IMG/VR virus record: IMGVR_UViG_3300027710_001241
Span: 1 to 16,619 of that record
Source of the DNA: a virus
Lineage: Duplodnaviria; Heunggongvirae; Uroviricota; Caudoviricetes
DNA: 16,619 bases
Direction: 5' to 3' (one strand)
The notes under the pieces were generated by a model. The model searched no databases. It was not told the DNA's origin and was given only the letters and a program-made list of their open reading frames with translations. Positions within the stretch are counted from its first letter, which is position 1; each line of letters opens with the position of its first letter. The position numbers and the translations under genes were made by a program. Shown piece after piece: positions 15,397-16,619 of this stretch.

Positions 15397-16257
15397 ATGA
15401 TTTTAAAAAACGTTCACAAAAATTGGGCAACTGAAATACAATTTGATGATCCTTTAGATTTTTTTAAACAACCTATGGGGTTTTGGAGAGATTTAATTTA
15501 CCAACGGAAGCTTCTAATATTTAAAAAAATGAAATTCACTAAAGAAGATTATGCAAAATTTTCTTTACACTTTGGAAGACCGTGGACAAATGAAGAGTAT
15601 AGCTATAGTGAAGAAAAAAAAGAAGATGTAATGACAGATGTAGGACTTATGACACTAAGTCCATTTAGTAATAAGACTAGTAAACGATTGCATACTCGTC
15701 CGATGACATATCATGCAGATATTCCTAATAAAGGAATAAATCCTTTTCCATTTAGAAGTTTATGGATTACAAAAAATCCTAATCCGGAAATATCAGGAAT
15801 AACAGGATTTTTAAATATATCTCAGGAATCGTTTTCTTACTTAACTGATGAACAACGGGACCTACTTGATAAAGTTAAAATAATACAGCAAAGTTGGTAT
15901 AAGCCCGGAACTGATTTTAGAGAATATGACTTTGTAAAAATACATCCAATCACAGGAGAAAAATCACTACGATTAAATTATTTTTGTAAAGGTCAGGATC
16001 AAACGGCTTGGATTAAGTATGTGATAATTAACGAGCAACAGCAGCCAGATTGTCAATTAATCGAAGACTTTACTAAACATTTATTGCAATTTAAAGATTT
16101 ACAACACTTCCATACTTGGGATACTTATGATATATTAATATATGATAATTATCAGTTCATTCACAACAGAAGTTCTTTAATCCTTGAAGCAGGTGAAGAA
16201 CGTCATTTCTATAGAATGAATATTGATCATGTTAATGATTTAGAATTTAAAATTTAA
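15397..16257 (+). CDS. TauD/TfdA family dioxygenase
   Basis: YHAD (HxD), HPITGEKSLRLN, and WDTYDILIYDNYQFIHNR matching the TauD C-terminal WxxxDxxxxDNxxxxHxR pattern. Confidence 0.88.
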   Translation: MILKNVHKNWATEIQFDDPLDFFKQPMGFWRDLIYQRKLLIFKKMKFTKEDYAKFSLHFGRPWTNEEYSYSEEKKEDVMTDVGLMTLSPFSNKTSKRLHTRPMTYHADIPNKGINPFPFRSLWITKNPNPEISGITGFLNISQESFSYLTDEQRDLLDKVKIIQQSWYKPGTDFREYDFVKIHPITGEKSLRLNYFCKGQDQTAWIKYVIINEQQQPDCQLIEDFTKHLLQFKDLQHFHTWDTYDILIYDNYQFIHNRSSLILEAGEERHFYRMNIDHVNDLEFKI

Positions 16258-16619
16258 AAATGGTTTAAAAATTACACAAGGGTCCCATTCCCACCACTTG
16301 CCACTTATACTGTTACCAAAATTAAAATTTTTAGGATCGTAATGGTGATTGTTATGCCATCCTTGTCCCCAGGCAAGGTATCCTAAAATAAGATTATTAT
16401 AACTATTATCTTTAGTTGTATAATTCCTGTATCCTATGATACCCTTAAGGTGGCCAAATACATTAACTAAGTTGTCTTGAATTGTTCCTAAGAAAGATAC
16501 TAGACAAAAAGCGGTTAGTGCAAGTTTCCAATCAAATAATGCAACAATTAACGGGACACCCCAAAGTACCTTCAATTGATGTTTATGAAACCATAAATGG
16601 TTAGGTTTCCTAAGTAAGT
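16240..16619 (-). CDS. C-terminal part of a third desaturase-like protein (gene starts beyond the window)
   Basis: VNVFGH, GYRNY, WGQGWHNNHH and WWEWDP. The frame stays open upstream of the track's TTG (LLRKPNHLWFHKHQ) to the window edge. Confidence 0.88.
   Translation of the reverse strand, partial: LLRKPNHLWFHKHQLKVLWGVPLIVALFDWKLALTAFCLVSFLGTIQDNLVNVFGHLKGIIGYRNYTTKDNSYNNLILGYLAWGQGWHNNHHYDPKNFNFGNSISGKWWEWDPCVIFKPFLNFKF

Noticed and set aside
5296-16575. TTG starts given in the ORF track (5296, 9151, 13125, 15430, 16575)
   Set aside because: Downstream ATGs (5329, 9091, 13098, 15382) fit promoter motifs or avoid overlaps better, and the last ORF is open to the window edge.
1-16619. tRNA, rRNA, CRISPR array, transposase, intron or RiPP precursor
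   Set aside because: Coding density leaves no intergenic space; no spaced direct repeats, cloverleafs, interrupted genes or plausible precursor ORFs were seen.

Overview
Gene-dense, AT-rich window with no RNA genes, mobile elements or CRISPR arrays that I can support. It is most consistent with a large tailed dsDNA bacteriophage: sigma70-type promoters, Shine-Dalgarno sites, recurrent T4-late-like TAAATA motifs and many small unknown ORFs (origin is inference). Left part (1-5207): nine co-oriented minus-strand genes, including a GT2-like glycosyltransferase, folE, galE, a C-terminally truncated UDP-glucose dehydrogenase and an HEXXH protein, with three good sigma70 promoters. Right part (5329-16619): a tailoring-enzyme island in ten blocks of alternating strand. 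It holds nine Fe(II)/2-oxoglutarate-type oxygenases (one TauD-like), three His-box fatty-acid-desaturase-like proteins (the last cut by the window edge), one cobalamin-binding-type radical SAM enzyme, two GNAT-like proteins and two unknown proteins. Divergent junctions carry TAAATA motifs, several exactly 5 nt before an ATG (predicted leaderless mRNAs), and all convergent gene pairs overlap. All product calls come from motifs read by eye; no database search was run.
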